From: an uncultured bacterium
Lineage (GTDB): Bacteria; Krumholzibacteriota; Krumholzibacteriia; Krumholzibacteriales; Krumholzibacteriaceae
Direction of reading: 5' to 3'
NCBI GenBank assembly: GCA_965371515.1
Contig: CBDUYR010000013.1
Span: 1-59,289 of the forward strand
DNA length: 59,289 nucleotides
A program made the translations under genes and the position numbers. Under the pieces are notes generated by a model that had not been told where the DNA came from, did not search any database, and worked only from the letters and a program-made list of their open reading frames with translations. Position 1 is the stretch's first letter; each line of letters starts with the position of its first letter. Positions 46,065-59,289 of the stretch are shown here, piece after piece.

Positions 46065-46141
46065 TCGCGAGGAGGGCGGGAACGAAGAACACTGCATGAA
46101 TTATCGCATTGCTGTTTTCAATGTCTATTACTGGAGGCAAC

Positions 46142-46918
46142 ATGAAAAAGTTCATCGCTCTCGCGATCGCACTGGCGGTCACCGCGGCGGCGGTCCCGGC
46201 CGAGGCCGGGTTCGGCATCAAGGTCAAGGGCGGGTTCACCCATATCAGCTACGGGGACTATAATGACTGGGTGGACAAAAGTAATTCAGAGATTCCGCCA
46301 GGATACCCCACTTATGAAACACTCCACTGGATCCCCGAGGTCTCGGCAGAATTCACATTCCCTCTCATGCCTTCCTTTTCGGGGTCGATCGGAATCGGTT
46401 ATTTTTCAGGTAAAACGGATTACAATGTCGACCTTGGCCTTATTTCATACAGCTACGCACACAGGGTGAAATCGACGCCGATTTTCCTGAACGTATACTG
46501 GGAACCCCCACTGACAGCAATCAATCCGTTCGTTTATGGAGGAGTCGGATTCTACAGGACTATCCTTGAATTCGAAGAATCATTGACTGAAGGCGGGCAG
46601 ACAGACGGTGGAAATTCCGAGCTGGACAAGTGGGAATTCGGGCTCCAGGCCGGTGGCGGCGTCAGGATAGCGCTCGCTCCTACGATCAGTTTCGATGTCG
46701 GTATCCAGGGGCGTTGGGCGGATATCAGTGGATTCGAGGGTACCTCAACGAATCTGGACGGCGAGCAGAATGAAGTCTATCTTGGGAAGGGTGAAGTCGA
46801 GATAGAGGGCATTATAATGCCCTATTATGGACCTGCAACAGAGGATTCCGGATTAGAGGAAGCCTCCGTCAACCTGAGTGGTTACACGATCTTTATCGGG
46901 ATGACATTCAGTTTCTGA
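46142..46918 (+). CDS. Outer-membrane beta-barrel protein (8-stranded OmpA/porin-like)
   Basis: GGAGG RBS, signal ending AEA, strands PFVYGGVG and FGLQAGGG, and a terminal Phe. Confidence 0.75.
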   Translation: MKKFIALAIALAVTAAAVPAEAGFGIKVKGGFTHISYGDYNDWVDKSNSEIPPGYPTYETLHWIPEVSAEFTFPLMPSFSGSIGIGYFSGKTDYNVDLGLISYSYAHRVKSTPIFLNVYWEPPLTAINPFVYGGVGFYRTILEFEESLTEGGQTDGGNSELDKWEFGLQAGGGVRIALAPTISFDVGIQGRWADISGFEGTSTNLDGEQNEVYLGKGEVEIEGIIMPYYGPATEDSGLEEASVNLSGYTIFIGMTFSF

Positions 46919-46986
46919 TGCGGACATGATCGAAGGCCCGGGGAGAGGTGCGTTCCATTCTCCGGGCCGTGTCAAAGGCGGGCAAT

Positions 46987-48381
46987 ATGCTGTCATCGAT
47001 CAGGAAGTTCCCGAAAACCTTCTGGTCGGCCAACACGATCGAGCTCTTCGAGAGGTTGGCCTATTACGGGATGAACATCATCCTCGTCCTGTACCTTACG
47101 AGGAGGGTGGGGTACAGCATCGAGGCCTCGGCCACGATCACGGGAATGTTCATTGCGGCGCTCTATCTCCTGCCGATACCCACTGGTGCGATATCCGACA
47201 AGATCGGGTTCAGGAACGGTCTCTTCATAGCTTTCTCAGTCCTCGCGATCGGATACGGCCTGCTTGGACTCTTCCCGTCGAAATCGATGGTCATCTTCTC
47301 GCTTGTACTGATCGCCATCGGCGGCTCGTTCGTCAAGCCGGTGATCTCCGGCACGGTGAAGAAAGCGTCCCCTGCCGACCTCTCCAAGCTCGGATTCTCG
47401 ATCTTCTACATGATCGTCAATGTCGGCGGATTTACCGGCAAGATCGTCGCCAAGCTCCTCCGGCAGAATCTCGGCGAGTGGCTCTCACGCTCCGATTACG
47501 AGGGGCTGAAGAGCTGGATCTCCGCCAATGTACCGCCGTTCGAGATGAACGAGGGACTTGCCGCGAGGGCTGCCGAGCAGTCACCGCCGATATCCCCCGA
47601 GGCGTTCATGGAGATGCTGAAGTGGCAGGGATTCGGTATGCAGGCGATATGTGTATTCTCGATGCTGATGGCCCTGATCGCCCTCGCATTCGTCGCCTTC
47701 ACCTACAAGGAACCCGACAGGACCGGTGAGCCGCAGAGGTCGATGAAAAAGACCTTCATCGACATGTTCAGGCTGTTCGGCGATGTCAAGTTCGTCACGT
47801 TCATCCTTATTTTCGCCGGTTTCGACCTGATGTTCTGGCAGCTGTACATATCGATACCGAAGTACATCGTGACACACATATCGGAAACGGCCCCGATGGA
47901 GCTGATCGTCGCGATCAATCCGCTGATGATCATTCTTTTCCAGCTCCCCGTCGCAAGAGTCGTGATGAAGATGAAGTCGACGCGCACGATGGCGCTCGGT
48001 ATGGGGATATCAGCTCTGGCTATGGTGATGATGGGGCTCATCCCGACTCTCTGGGGAGCATGCCTCTCGATAATGCTCTTTGCGCTGGGCGAGATGACAT
48101 TCGCGCCGCGCTTCCTCGACTATGTGTCGAGCCTCGCTCCGAAGGGCAAGGTCGGGCTCTACCTCGGGTTCGCTTACATGCGCTCGTTCATTGCCAACAT
48201 GATCGGGGGCCCGCTCGGCGGATACCTGCTCGCAAAGCATGTACCCGAAGAGGGAACGCGCGAGCCGTGGAAGATGTTCTTCGTCTTCGCTGCCGTAGGC
48301 GTCGTGGCGCTCATAGCGCTGTTCTTCTATAACAGGCATTACGGCGAGCAGTCGGAAGACGGGGTGACAGCCGGAGAATGA
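46987..48381 (+). CDS. MFS peptide transporter (POT/PTR-like)
   Basis: ELFERLAYYG (ExxER), G..SD..G.R, KP and FSIFYM.VN.G. Confidence 0.85.
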   Translation: MLSSIRKFPKTFWSANTIELFERLAYYGMNIILVLYLTRRVGYSIEASATITGMFIAALYLLPIPTGAISDKIGFRNGLFIAFSVLAIGYGLLGLFPSKSMVIFSLVLIAIGGSFVKPVISGTVKKASPADLSKLGFSIFYMIVNVGGFTGKIVAKLLRQNLGEWLSRSDYEGLKSWISANVPPFEMNEGLAARAAEQSPPISPEAFMEMLKWQGFGMQAICVFSMLMALIALAFVAFTYKEPDRTGEPQRSMKKTFIDMFRLFGDVKFVTFILIFAGFDLMFWQLYISIPKYIVTHISETAPMELIVAINPLMIILFQLPVARVVMKMKSTRTMALGMGISALAMVMMGLIPTLWGACLSIMLFALGEMTFAPRFLDYVSSLAPKGKVGLYLGFAYMRSFIANMIGGPLGGYLLAKHVPEEGTREPWKMFFVFAAVGVVALIALFFYNRHYGEQSEDGVTAGE

Positions 48382-50177
48382 TACTCTCATCGCCCGACAT
48401 AGTCGTTCTTTCGCTCTATCTCATAATCGTATTCAGCATCGGCGTCGCAATGTCGCGGCGGGCGTCGCGCAGCACAGAGGAGTTCTTCGTCTCGGGCCGC
48501 TCCCTGCCGTGGTGGATTGTCGGCACGTCGATGGTGGCAACGACCTTCGCCGCCGATACCCCGCTCGTAGTGTCCGGCCTCATGGCCCAGGGCGGGATAT
48601 TCAGTAACTGGATGTGGTGGAACTGGGCGTTCGGCGCGATCCTGACCGTCTTCCTTTTCGCGCCACTTTGGAACAAGGCGAGGATCACGACCGATGCCGA
48701 GCTGATCGAGCTGCGCTACGACGGAAAACCGGCGCGGGGGCTGAGGTTTTACCGCGCCGCCTGGTTCGGCATATTCCAGAACGTTCTCGTGATCGCCTGG
48801 GTGATGCGGGCGATGGCCAAGATCATCCTCGTCGTGATGGGCTGGGACAGCGGGACGACTATACTCGGTATGCAGGCCGATGTCTTTACCGTACTTGCGC
48901 TGTTCGTCATAGCCGTTACCTATACAGCCCTCTCGGGATTGTGGGGGGTGGTCGTCACCGATGTCCTTCAGTTCGCCATGGCGATGGGAGGCTCCATCTA
49001 TCTCGCCGTCGCGACCTGGTCGAGGCTTGGCGGGCTCGACGGGATCATGTCACGCCTGCCCGACTCTGGATTTAACGCGGTGGAGGTCCTCAGGATGCTC
49101 CCCGCTCCGGACAAGCTTCTGGCAGCAAACCCGTTCACCGAGTTCCTGCTGTTGATCCTTGTCGTATGGTGGGCGTCGTACCAGGTCGACGGCGGGGGTT
49201 ATATCTCGCAGAGGCTGTTTGCCGCGAAGGACGAGCGGCACTCGGTGTTTGCCTATCTCTGGTTCTGCGTAGCGCACATATGCCTTCGGCCATGGCCGTG
49301 GATAATCGTAGGCCTCGGAGGGATGGCCCTGTTCGGGCAGGTCGGCGATCCGGAGACTTACTACCCGATGATGATGAGGGAGATACTGCCGCCCGGAATA
49401 TTCGGGCTGGTACTCGCGTCGTTCTTCGCGGCGTTCATGTCGACCATCGATACGCAGCTCAACTGGGGATCCTCGCTCGTGGTCAACGATCTTCTTCGCC
49501 GCTTCCTCTGGAAGGGAAAGAGCGACAGGAAATATATGGCGGCTGCGCGCCTGTCGGTCCTCGGGCTGGCCGTGCTCGGCGCTCTCGCCTCCTTCGCCGT
49601 CAGCGATATTTCGTTTGCCTGGAAGCTGATCATCTCGATAACAGCGGGGATCGGGTCGGTCTACATCGCCCGCTGGTACTGGTGGCGGGTCAACGCGTGG
49701 TCGGAGATATCGGCGATGGTCACCGCCGGAATCTGCACGCTCGTATTCGCGATCATGGCATCGACAGAGAGATTCGCCGGTTCGCCGGTGACGCAGTTTC
49801 CTTATTCGACCGTTATCACATTCTTCATAGTCGTGCCTGTATGGATCATCGTGACGATGCTGACCAGTCCTGTAAGTGACGAGCGTCTCGTTGATTTTTA
49901 TAAACGGGTCAGGCCCGGCGGGCCCGGATGGGAGAGGGTCAGGGTGAAGGCCGGCATTCAGGCCGTTCCCGGCACTGCCCTTCGGACTGCGGCGAAGATA
50001 GTCGCCGGGGCCGTCCTCGTATTCGCGACGCTTATCGGGACTGGGAGCCTGATACTCGGCGCGCCGAGCCGGGGGCTCCTGCTCCTCGGTCTTGCTGCCG
50101 CCGCCGGAGTGGTGCTTTACCTCCTTATGCGTGGAGAAATGAAACATTCTGGCGTTGAACGTGTATTAGATGAATAA
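48378..50177 (+). CDS. Sodium:solute symporter family protein
   Basis: FFVSGR.LPWW, SMVATT, GL.GVV.TD..Q, QR..AAK and AAFMST.D. Confidence 0.92.
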   Translation: MILSSPDIVVLSLYLIIVFSIGVAMSRRASRSTEEFFVSGRSLPWWIVGTSMVATTFAADTPLVVSGLMAQGGIFSNWMWWNWAFGAILTVFLFAPLWNKARITTDAELIELRYDGKPARGLRFYRAAWFGIFQNVLVIAWVMRAMAKIILVVMGWDSGTTILGMQADVFTVLALFVIAVTYTALSGLWGVVVTDVLQFAMAMGGSIYLAVATWSRLGGLDGIMSRLPDSGFNAVEVLRMLPAPDKLLAANPFTEFLLLILVVWWASYQVDGGGYISQRLFAAKDERHSVFAYLWFCVAHICLRPWPWIIVGLGGMALFGQVGDPETYYPMMMREILPPGIFGLVLASFFAAFMSTIDTQLNWGSSLVVNDLLRRFLWKGKSDRKYMAAARLSVLGLAVLGALASFAVSDISFAWKLIISITAGIGSVYIARWYWWRVNAWSEISAMVTAGICTLVFAIMASTERFAGSPVTQFPYSTVITFFIVVPVWIIVTMLTSPVSDERLVDFYKRVRPGGPGWERVRVKAGIQAVPGTALRTAAKIVAGAVLVFATLIGTGSLILGAPSRGLLLLGLAAAAGVVLYLLMRGEMKHSGVERVLDE

Positions 50178-50210
50178 ACAGGACCGGATCATTCACCACA
50201 AGGAGGGCAG

Positions 50211-53477
<3,267 letters not shown>

Positions 53478-53498
53478 GCCTACTTGTAGATGACTGCA

Positions 53499-53531
53499 GG
53501 GGCCGGTTCCCTTCGGGGAGCCGGCCCTTTT
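53499..53531 (+). terminator. Intrinsic terminator
   Basis: GGGCCGGTTCCC-TTCG-GGGAGCCGGCCC followed by TTTT. Confidence 0.85.
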
Positions 53532-53623
53532 AATATCCTGTCCCATATGTTAATGTCCGTCGGAGGTAATGCTCCAGGCAGCAAAGTCAGACTCCACGAG
53601 GGCAGGTAAACGGAGGTAAAGAT

Positions 53624-54946
53624 ATGAGGAAAGTATTGGCGGTCTTTCTGGCGACAGTCGTTATCGCCGCTATATTCGCCGGCACGGTATCGGCCGACAA
53701 GAGGGACAGGGTGCGGTACGATAAGTACAAGCGCGATCCGGTCCTCAAGGGGATCATCGAGGAGATGGACAGCCTCAAGGCGGTCGCCGACAGCATCACG
53801 AAAGAAATAGACGCTGAGTACAAGGCGAAAAAGAAGGAGAAGAAGAAGGACCGTAAGGTCATCCGTTTCGATTTCTCATCGATCGCCATACCCGAGTCCC
53901 CCGAAAGCTTCAATGCGCCTTTTCATACTCCCCCGATCCCGCAGCACCTGACCGGGATGTGCTGGTGCTTTGCCACTACATCGTTCCTCGAGTCGGAGGT
54001 TGCGAGGCTGCACGGCCGTGAGATCAAGGTCTCCGAGCTGCACACGATCTACTGGGAGTATGTCGAGAAGGCGCGCGGCTATGTCCGGAAACGCGGCAAT
54101 CAGCCGTTCGCGCAGGGGGGCGAAGCGGATGGCGTTCTGATCATATGGGAGAAATACGGAGCCGTGCCGGCCGAGACCTACACCGGCCTGCTTGACGGTT
54201 CTACGAAGCACAATCATCGCCTTATGATAAATGAGATGAGGTCGTTTCTCGAGCTGTGCAAAGAGCATGGATACTGGAACGAGGAGGCGATCATCAGCCA
54301 TATCCGGCTGATCCTCGACGAGTATATCGGCAGCCCGCCTGCGACGGTCGAACACGGGGGGATGACGATGACGCCGAACGAATTCTACCGCGACGTCCTC
54401 GCTATCGTTCCGTCGGACTACGTCATGATGATGTCGACGTTGTCGGTCCCGTTCAATACGCTGGACAAGTTCAATGTCCCCGACAACTGGCGCCCGACGT
54501 ACAGCTACTACAATCTTCCACTGGACAAATATTACGGATATATAAAGAGGGCGACGCAGAAGGGGTATACCGTCTGCATAGGGGGCGACGTCTCAGAGCC
54601 TGGATACTACGGCACGGAGGATGCCGCCGTGGTGCCGACATTCGACATCCCGCGCGACTACATCGACCAGGACTCGCGCGAGCTGAGGTTCTACAACAAG
54701 ACCACCGGGGACGACCACCTTCTCCACGTGCTCGCCTATAAAAAGGTGAAGGGCAGGGACTGGTACCTGATAAAGGACTCATCCAGAGCTGCGCGGCGCG
54801 GGAAGTTCCACGGTTACCTCTTCTACAGGGCCGACTACATCAAGCTCAAGATGCTGATGTACATGGTCCACCGCGACGTCGTTGCCGACATATGGCCGAA
54901 AATAGAGCAGTCGCGGAAGGAACTCGAGAAGGGCGGAAAACTGTAA
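53624..54946 (+). CDS. Papain-superfamily C1 (C1B/aminopeptidase C-like) cysteine peptidase, exported
   Basis: Signal peptide, QHLTGMCWCF, DVSEPG, DDHLLH and YLIKDS. Confidence 0.85.
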   Translation: MRKVLAVFLATVVIAAIFAGTVSADKRDRVRYDKYKRDPVLKGIIEEMDSLKAVADSITKEIDAEYKAKKKEKKKDRKVIRFDFSSIAIPESPESFNAPFHTPPIPQHLTGMCWCFATTSFLESEVARLHGREIKVSELHTIYWEYVEKARGYVRKRGNQPFAQGGEADGVLIIWEKYGAVPAETYTGLLDGSTKHNHRLMINEMRSFLELCKEHGYWNEEAIISHIRLILDEYIGSPPATVEHGGMTMTPNEFYRDVLAIVPSDYVMMMSTLSVPFNTLDKFNVPDNWRPTYSYYNLPLDKYYGYIKRATQKGYTVCIGGDVSEPGYYGTEDAAVVPTFDIPRDYIDQDSRELRFYNKTTGDDHLLHVLAYKKVKGRDWYLIKDSSRAARRGKFHGYLFYRADYIKLKMLMYMVHRDVVADIWPKIEQSRKELEKGGKL

Positions 54947-54963
54947 GGCGGCAGTCTCAGCGG

Positions 54964-55049
54964 TTGACCGGGCAAAGCGTTGACTTTATATTAAAAGCGA
55001 GATGTTAAGCTCGCCGCAGTGCCGGAGCATAACCGGAATGTGGTATAAT
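54964..55049 (+). promoter_or_regulatory. Putative sigma70 promoters
   Basis: TTGACC-N17-TATATT (54964-54992) and extended -10 TGGTATAAT (55041-55049). Confidence 0.45.
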
Positions 55050-55097
55050 AAGAGAGATTGAGAGATCCAAGCTCCAACCCCACCAGGGGGGCGTTCA

Positions 55098-57332
55098 GTG
55101 GTAAGGAAGAGATACCCGTATGTGGCCGCCGTCGTTGTTATAGGGCTCCTCGCTCTGGCGGCCGGCTGCTCGAACGATGTTTTCACGGGGACCCACGAGA
55201 CAAACAAGGTTCCCGAGGTCTGGCTCTCCAGCGGGCCGGTCGAGGGAGATACCATAGGTTACCAGGTGCGCTTCTACTGGGGTGGATGGGACCCTGACGG
55301 CGAGATCGACTTCTTCGAGTTCATCGTGGCGGCCGGCGATCCGCTCGGATTCGATCCGGTCGATACCACCGGTCTGGACAAATGGAACAGGACCGAATCG
55401 TACGACAGCGTTATCAGCGTCTCCGCCGACGAAAACCCGAGGGACTACGAGGAAGACGACAATTACACGAAATACGACAAGACACATACTTTCTTTCTCC
55501 GCGGGGTCGACATGCAGGGGAAAAGGTCAAAAGTCGTAACGAGATCGTTTACCGCCTGGACGCTGGCGCCGTTCGTACAGATCACGCATCCAGAGGGCGT
55601 CAACAGGATCTACAGCAATGTCATCACGTTCCGGTGGGAGGGCAGGGACCCGATTGACAGCCCGTCAAACTTCCAGTACCCCGACTCGATCAGGATCCTG
55701 TGGTCGCAGGTCGTAGACCAGGAAGGTGTTTACAATTCGAACTTCGACATCATAAGGGACCTGAACGAAAACTTCGAATTCTACGAACCGCTCTGGGGCC
55801 CGTGGATCTGGTATATCGCCGAAGGAGATTCGGGCATTTCGACGATCCTCGGCGACGACGAAATCATCGAAATGAACCTGAATCACGTCTTCGTAGTCCA
55901 GGCGAAGGACGAGGCGGGGGCCGTGACGGCGATATTCAAAGGTGATCAGAACGCCCGGAAGTTCTCAGTCTCCCCGAAAACGGGGCCATTGCTGACGATA
56001 ACAGAACCGTTCCTCGGAGGGTTCATGTTCATGGGTGCTGATCTAAATCCCATCCAGGTCGAGCTGCCTCCCGGGATAGAACTGAATTTCTGCTGGTCGG
56101 CCGACGCGAGCATCTACGGCGGGGAGATCAGGAGCTACAGGTACGGGTGGGACATCCAGCAGCTCGATGACCCGGCCCAGTGGGCGGTCGATTCGAGCCC
56201 GTTCATCAAATGCGCGGCCCCGAGGACCTGGTACAGCGGTATCCATACGATTTATATTGAGGCCGTCGACAACGGCGGAAGGATCACCCTCGGAAGGATA
56301 CAGATCGAGATCATTCCCTTCTCAATGGAAAGAACGCTTCTCTGGGTCGATGACTGGGCCCTTGGAGACGAGGTCCTGGTCAACATGATGCTTCCCGACG
56401 AAGAGACGCACGATAATTTCTGGATCGATATCTGCTCTAAGAATCCCCAGTTCATAGAATCGAGGGATGTCTACGACTGCCGTGAACATAACAACGTTCC
56501 ACCCGAGATGACGGTCGTCGGCAAGTACCAGAACATCATTTGGACGTACGGCAACTCTAAGGAAGGTACGCTGCGGGATGTCATAAGGTTCACTCCGGAA
56601 TCGCAGATTCTACAGAACACCGTCGTTCTTATCAATTACATGTCTCTCTTCCTGCTGAGAGGCGGCCATGTCTGGACGAGCGGGAGATCGGATCTTGCAT
56701 CGGGAGGCCTGTCAGTGATATTCGAATTCCCCCCAGAGTTCCCCGCGACGTTCCAGTTCGATATGACCGGCGGGTTCGATACGAGCGGTGTGAATTGCAT
56801 GGGGCACAGGGATTACTGCATATCGATAGTCGACAAGATCATTGGGACGTTCCGTACCGGCAGTGAAATGCCGGTGCGGAAGCGGGAACAGGACGTTCTC
56901 AGACATTGTGTGATCGAAGCCGAGGATCCGATAACAATGCTGTATCCCGGTCTTCCGCTCGATCTCACCCTGAGCGAGGACGTGACCCAGCCGGGCATGT
57001 TCTTCGATCCGCTGAATGTAACTGTGGGTGGATTCACCTATGTAGAGGTGTATAATCCGGCATACTGGGTCGAGACGAGCGGCATACGCGAACAGAAATG
57101 CTTCCATCCGATGTACAGAATGCGGGCGCGCAACACGAGATCGCCACTCGATAGTGCGACGGTCGCCATATGGATCGACAAATATTCCAGCGTAGTGCCC
57201 GAGGGAGCCGGTTCGCCGGCCGTGGCGGCAAGGAGTGTACACTTCGGGCTGCCGCTCTGGTTCTTCAGGTTCACGGCAGTCGATTCCATCGCCAATGTGG
57301 TCTTCGAGGAGTGGGGGCTGACAGGAGAATAG
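55098..57332 (+). CDS. Large hypothetical surface lipoprotein with repeated Ig/FN3-like modules
   Basis: Lipobox LAAGC. Three modules with F.W.G/A.D and H.F.(L/V/I).(G/A).D motifs, then a LWVDD-led C-terminal domain. Confidence 0.75.
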   Translation: MVRKRYPYVAAVVVIGLLALAAGCSNDVFTGTHETNKVPEVWLSSGPVEGDTIGYQVRFYWGGWDPDGEIDFFEFIVAAGDPLGFDPVDTTGLDKWNRTESYDSVISVSADENPRDYEEDDNYTKYDKTHTFFLRGVDMQGKRSKVVTRSFTAWTLAPFVQITHPEGVNRIYSNVITFRWEGRDPIDSPSNFQYPDSIRILWSQVVDQEGVYNSNFDIIRDLNENFEFYEPLWGPWIWYIAEGDSGISTILGDDEIIEMNLNHVFVVQAKDEAGAVTAIFKGDQNARKFSVSPKTGPLLTITEPFLGGFMFMGADLNPIQVELPPGIELNFCWSADASIYGGEIRSYRYGWDIQQLDDPAQWAVDSSPFIKCAAPRTWYSGIHTIYIEAVDNGGRITLGRIQIEIIPFSMERTLLWVDDWALGDEVLVNMMLPDEETHDNFWIDICSKNPQFIESRDVYDCREHNNVPPEMTVVGKYQNIIWTYGNSKEGTLRDVIRFTPESQILQNTVVLINYMSLFLLRGGHVWTSGRSDLASGGLSVIFEFPPEFPATFQFDMTGGFDTSGVNCMGHRDYCISIVDKIIGTFRTGSEMPVRKREQDVLRHCVIEAEDPITMLYPGLPLDLTLSEDVTQPGMFFDPLNVTVGGFTYVEVYNPAYWVETSGIREQKCFHPMYRMRARNTRSPLDSATVAIWIDKYSSVVPEGAGSPAVAARSVHFGLPLWFFRFTAVDSIANVVFEEWGLTGE

Positions 57333-57335
57333 GGG

Positions 57336-59288
57336 ATGGACTTTCGGAAGGATCGATTGGTAGACATTTCATATACAGCAACAGACAGCCGGGGGCGCCG
57401 CCCCCGGCTTTTATCTGCGGCGCTGGCAATATGTCTGCTGACGGCTGCGGGGCCGGTCGCAGGAAATGCACTTCTGACTGTCGTGGTCATCGACGCGGAG
57501 AGTGGAGAACCGACCCCCGCCCGATGCAGTGTGATCGACAGCCTCGGCTATAGCAAGTTTCCCTACATGTATATTTCGCTCTACCATTCATACGGGCAGG
57601 GTTATTTCTACTGTGACGGGGATTTCACCCTGTCGGTCCCGACGGGGCCGACAATCGTCAGGATTGCCAAAGGCCCCGAATATTATCCATACATCGATAC
57701 ATTGACTATCCATGGGGACACGACCGTCACCTGCAGCATGGAGAGGCTTGTCGATATGAGAGATTCGGGGTGGTACAGCGGTGACGTCGAGATACATATC
57801 GACCACGATGGAGGGATCTTCAATCTCGATCCGTCGGATGCCCACTGGATGGGACAGGCCGAGGACCTGCATTTTGTAAACTGCCTCGACAACGGATTCT
57901 GGTTCACCGGGGCGAGTGATACAGTAAGTACGGAAGACTGCGTTGTCTACATGTCCGAAGAGCTTCGCAATCACGTCTACGGTCATTGCGCGCTGCCAGG
58001 ACTGAAAAGCCTTATCGAACCCGTATGGGCCAGCTGGGACTGGCTGTTGATGGATGTTGCCGACTCGGTGCACGCACAGGACGGGCCACTGATGATCTGC
58101 TCCCATCCCGTTACGACATACGATTTCGATCAGATAGAGGAATGGCCCGGTTCCGGCCTGGCGAGGGAGCTGCCTGTCGACGTGATATACGGAAAAATTG
58201 ACGCGATAGAGGTCATGAGCTACTCAAACATCAATGGTGGGGTCGAGCTCGATATGTGGTACAAGCTCCTCAACTGCGGATTCAGGATGCCGCCGTGCGC
58301 CGGCAGCGATGCTGCTATCAACAGGGCCAGTGACGCGCCTATAGGAGGATTCCGGGTTTATGTCGAGCACAAAGGGGGATCCCCCGATATCTACCAGTGG
58401 CTGGAGGGTATTGCGGCGGGGAGGACTTTTGTCACGAACGGGCCCCTGTTCACTGAATTCAGAATGCTTGGATCGTTGGGGATCGGCGACAGCCTCTATG
58501 TCAACGGGAACACCTTCGAGATCATTCTCGACGTTACAGCGGAATGCGCATTTCCCATGGACAGGGTCGATATTGTGATGAACGGGAGGGTAGTCGACAC
58601 ACTGCTTCCCGAAGGCGATCCCCGGGTCATATCGGGAAGTAGCAATTTCTTCATATATAAGAGCTGCTGGATAGCCGCCATGGCGGTTGGTCCTGCGGGC
58701 GAGTGGGTAACCATCGGCGACGAACTGTTCGCACACACAGGCCCGTTCTATTTCGACATGAACGGAGAACACATCCGGACAAGGGAATCGGCTGTCTTTT
58801 TCATGGAGTGGGTCGATTCACTGATCGGACTTGCGTCCGACAAGGGGGAGTGGATTACACCGGAGGACTCGATCCGCGCCTTCTACGAGTTCGGCGCCGC
58901 GCGTGAGTGGTACGCAAACCTCGTTGATATCACCACCGGAACAGAGGATCTTCCTGACGGCTCCCTTCCGGCAGCTCCGGTGATAACGGTCCATCCCAAT
59001 CCCTTCTCCTGCTCGGCGGAGATACGATTCGAGGTGAGTCCGGTGCCGGACGGCAGTGAAGAGCGGTACATATCGCAGGGTGCTGCGTCGGCGACCGATG
59101 TGGCCATATACGATGTCTCCGGCAGGCTTGTCAGGAGGCTTGCGGCTGGCGTGATACCCGCGGGACGGCGCTCGATCACATGGGACGGGAGAAACGATGC
59201 CGGGAAGATGGCAACAAGCGGGATCTACTTCTGCCGCGTGAGGAGCGGATCGACGGAGTTGTCGGCCAAGATATTGCTGGTCAGATAA
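57336..59288 (+). CDS. CehA/McbA-like PHP metallohydrolase with a C-terminal FlgD-Ig/T9SS-like sorting domain
   Basis: GWYSGD, GH, SHP, WY.LLNCGF..P..AGSD and GRTFVTNGP. C-terminal PNPF...IYDVSGRLVR.L...WDG.N..G....SGIYF. Confidence 0.8.
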   Translation: MDFRKDRLVDISYTATDSRGRRPRLLSAALAICLLTAAGPVAGNALLTVVVIDAESGEPTPARCSVIDSLGYSKFPYMYISLYHSYGQGYFYCDGDFTLSVPTGPTIVRIAKGPEYYPYIDTLTIHGDTTVTCSMERLVDMRDSGWYSGDVEIHIDHDGGIFNLDPSDAHWMGQAEDLHFVNCLDNGFWFTGASDTVSTEDCVVYMSEELRNHVYGHCALPGLKSLIEPVWASWDWLLMDVADSVHAQDGPLMICSHPVTTYDFDQIEEWPGSGLARELPVDVIYGKIDAIEVMSYSNINGGVELDMWYKLLNCGFRMPPCAGSDAAINRASDAPIGGFRVYVEHKGGSPDIYQWLEGIAAGRTFVTNGPLFTEFRMLGSLGIGDSLYVNGNTFEIILDVTAECAFPMDRVDIVMNGRVVDTLLPEGDPRVISGSSNFFIYKSCWIAAMAVGPAGEWVTIGDELFAHTGPFYFDMNGEHIRTRESAVFFMEWVDSLIGLASDKGEWITPEDSIRAFYEFGAAREWYANLVDITTGTEDLPDGSLPAAPVITVHPNPFSCSAEIRFEVSPVPDGSEERYISQGAASATDVAIYDVSGRLVRRLAAGVIPAGRRSITWDGRNDAGKMATSGIYFCRVRSGSTELSAKILLVR

Positions 59289-59289
59289 G

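Noticed and set aside
53535..53623. Riboswitch upstream of the C1 peptidase
   Set aside because: Only a GCAAAG fragment is present, with no supporting stems.

Overview
A 59.3-kb GC-rich bacterial chromosomal segment (hand-counted sample lines about 60-65% GC) with about 46 densely packed CDSs. I found no rRNA, tRNA, CRISPR array, integrase or transposase. A FlgD/T9SS-like C-terminal domain, a tricorn protease and several lipoproteins suggest an FCB-group diderm such as Krumholzibacteriota/Latescibacterota (inference only). The main feature is a 7-gene minus-strand operon (39101 to 23241) encoding a hybrid ABC-RND envelope machine. In order it holds an ABC ATPase, a 1127-aa ABC-2 permease with a large periplasmic domain, a TolC-SPOR fusion, a periplasmic adaptor, an RND permease, a 1580-aa RND::ABC-ATPase fusion whose NBD is split by a 4-TM insert, and a small ABC-2 permease. 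Tandem ECF-type promoter motifs precede it and a PlpD-like patatin/beta-barrel gene follows it. Other blocks are an APC permease-EIIA fusion coupled to beta-carbonic anhydrase, a low-GC two-gene islet, and an ino1 / LysR / inositol monophosphatase locus. There is also an orphan lipoprotein with a sigma54-type promoter, a Ktr K+ uptake pair, and a peptide-scavenging cluster (OMP, POT, SSS, tricorn, C1 peptidase). All calls come from reading motifs by eye; no database searches were run.
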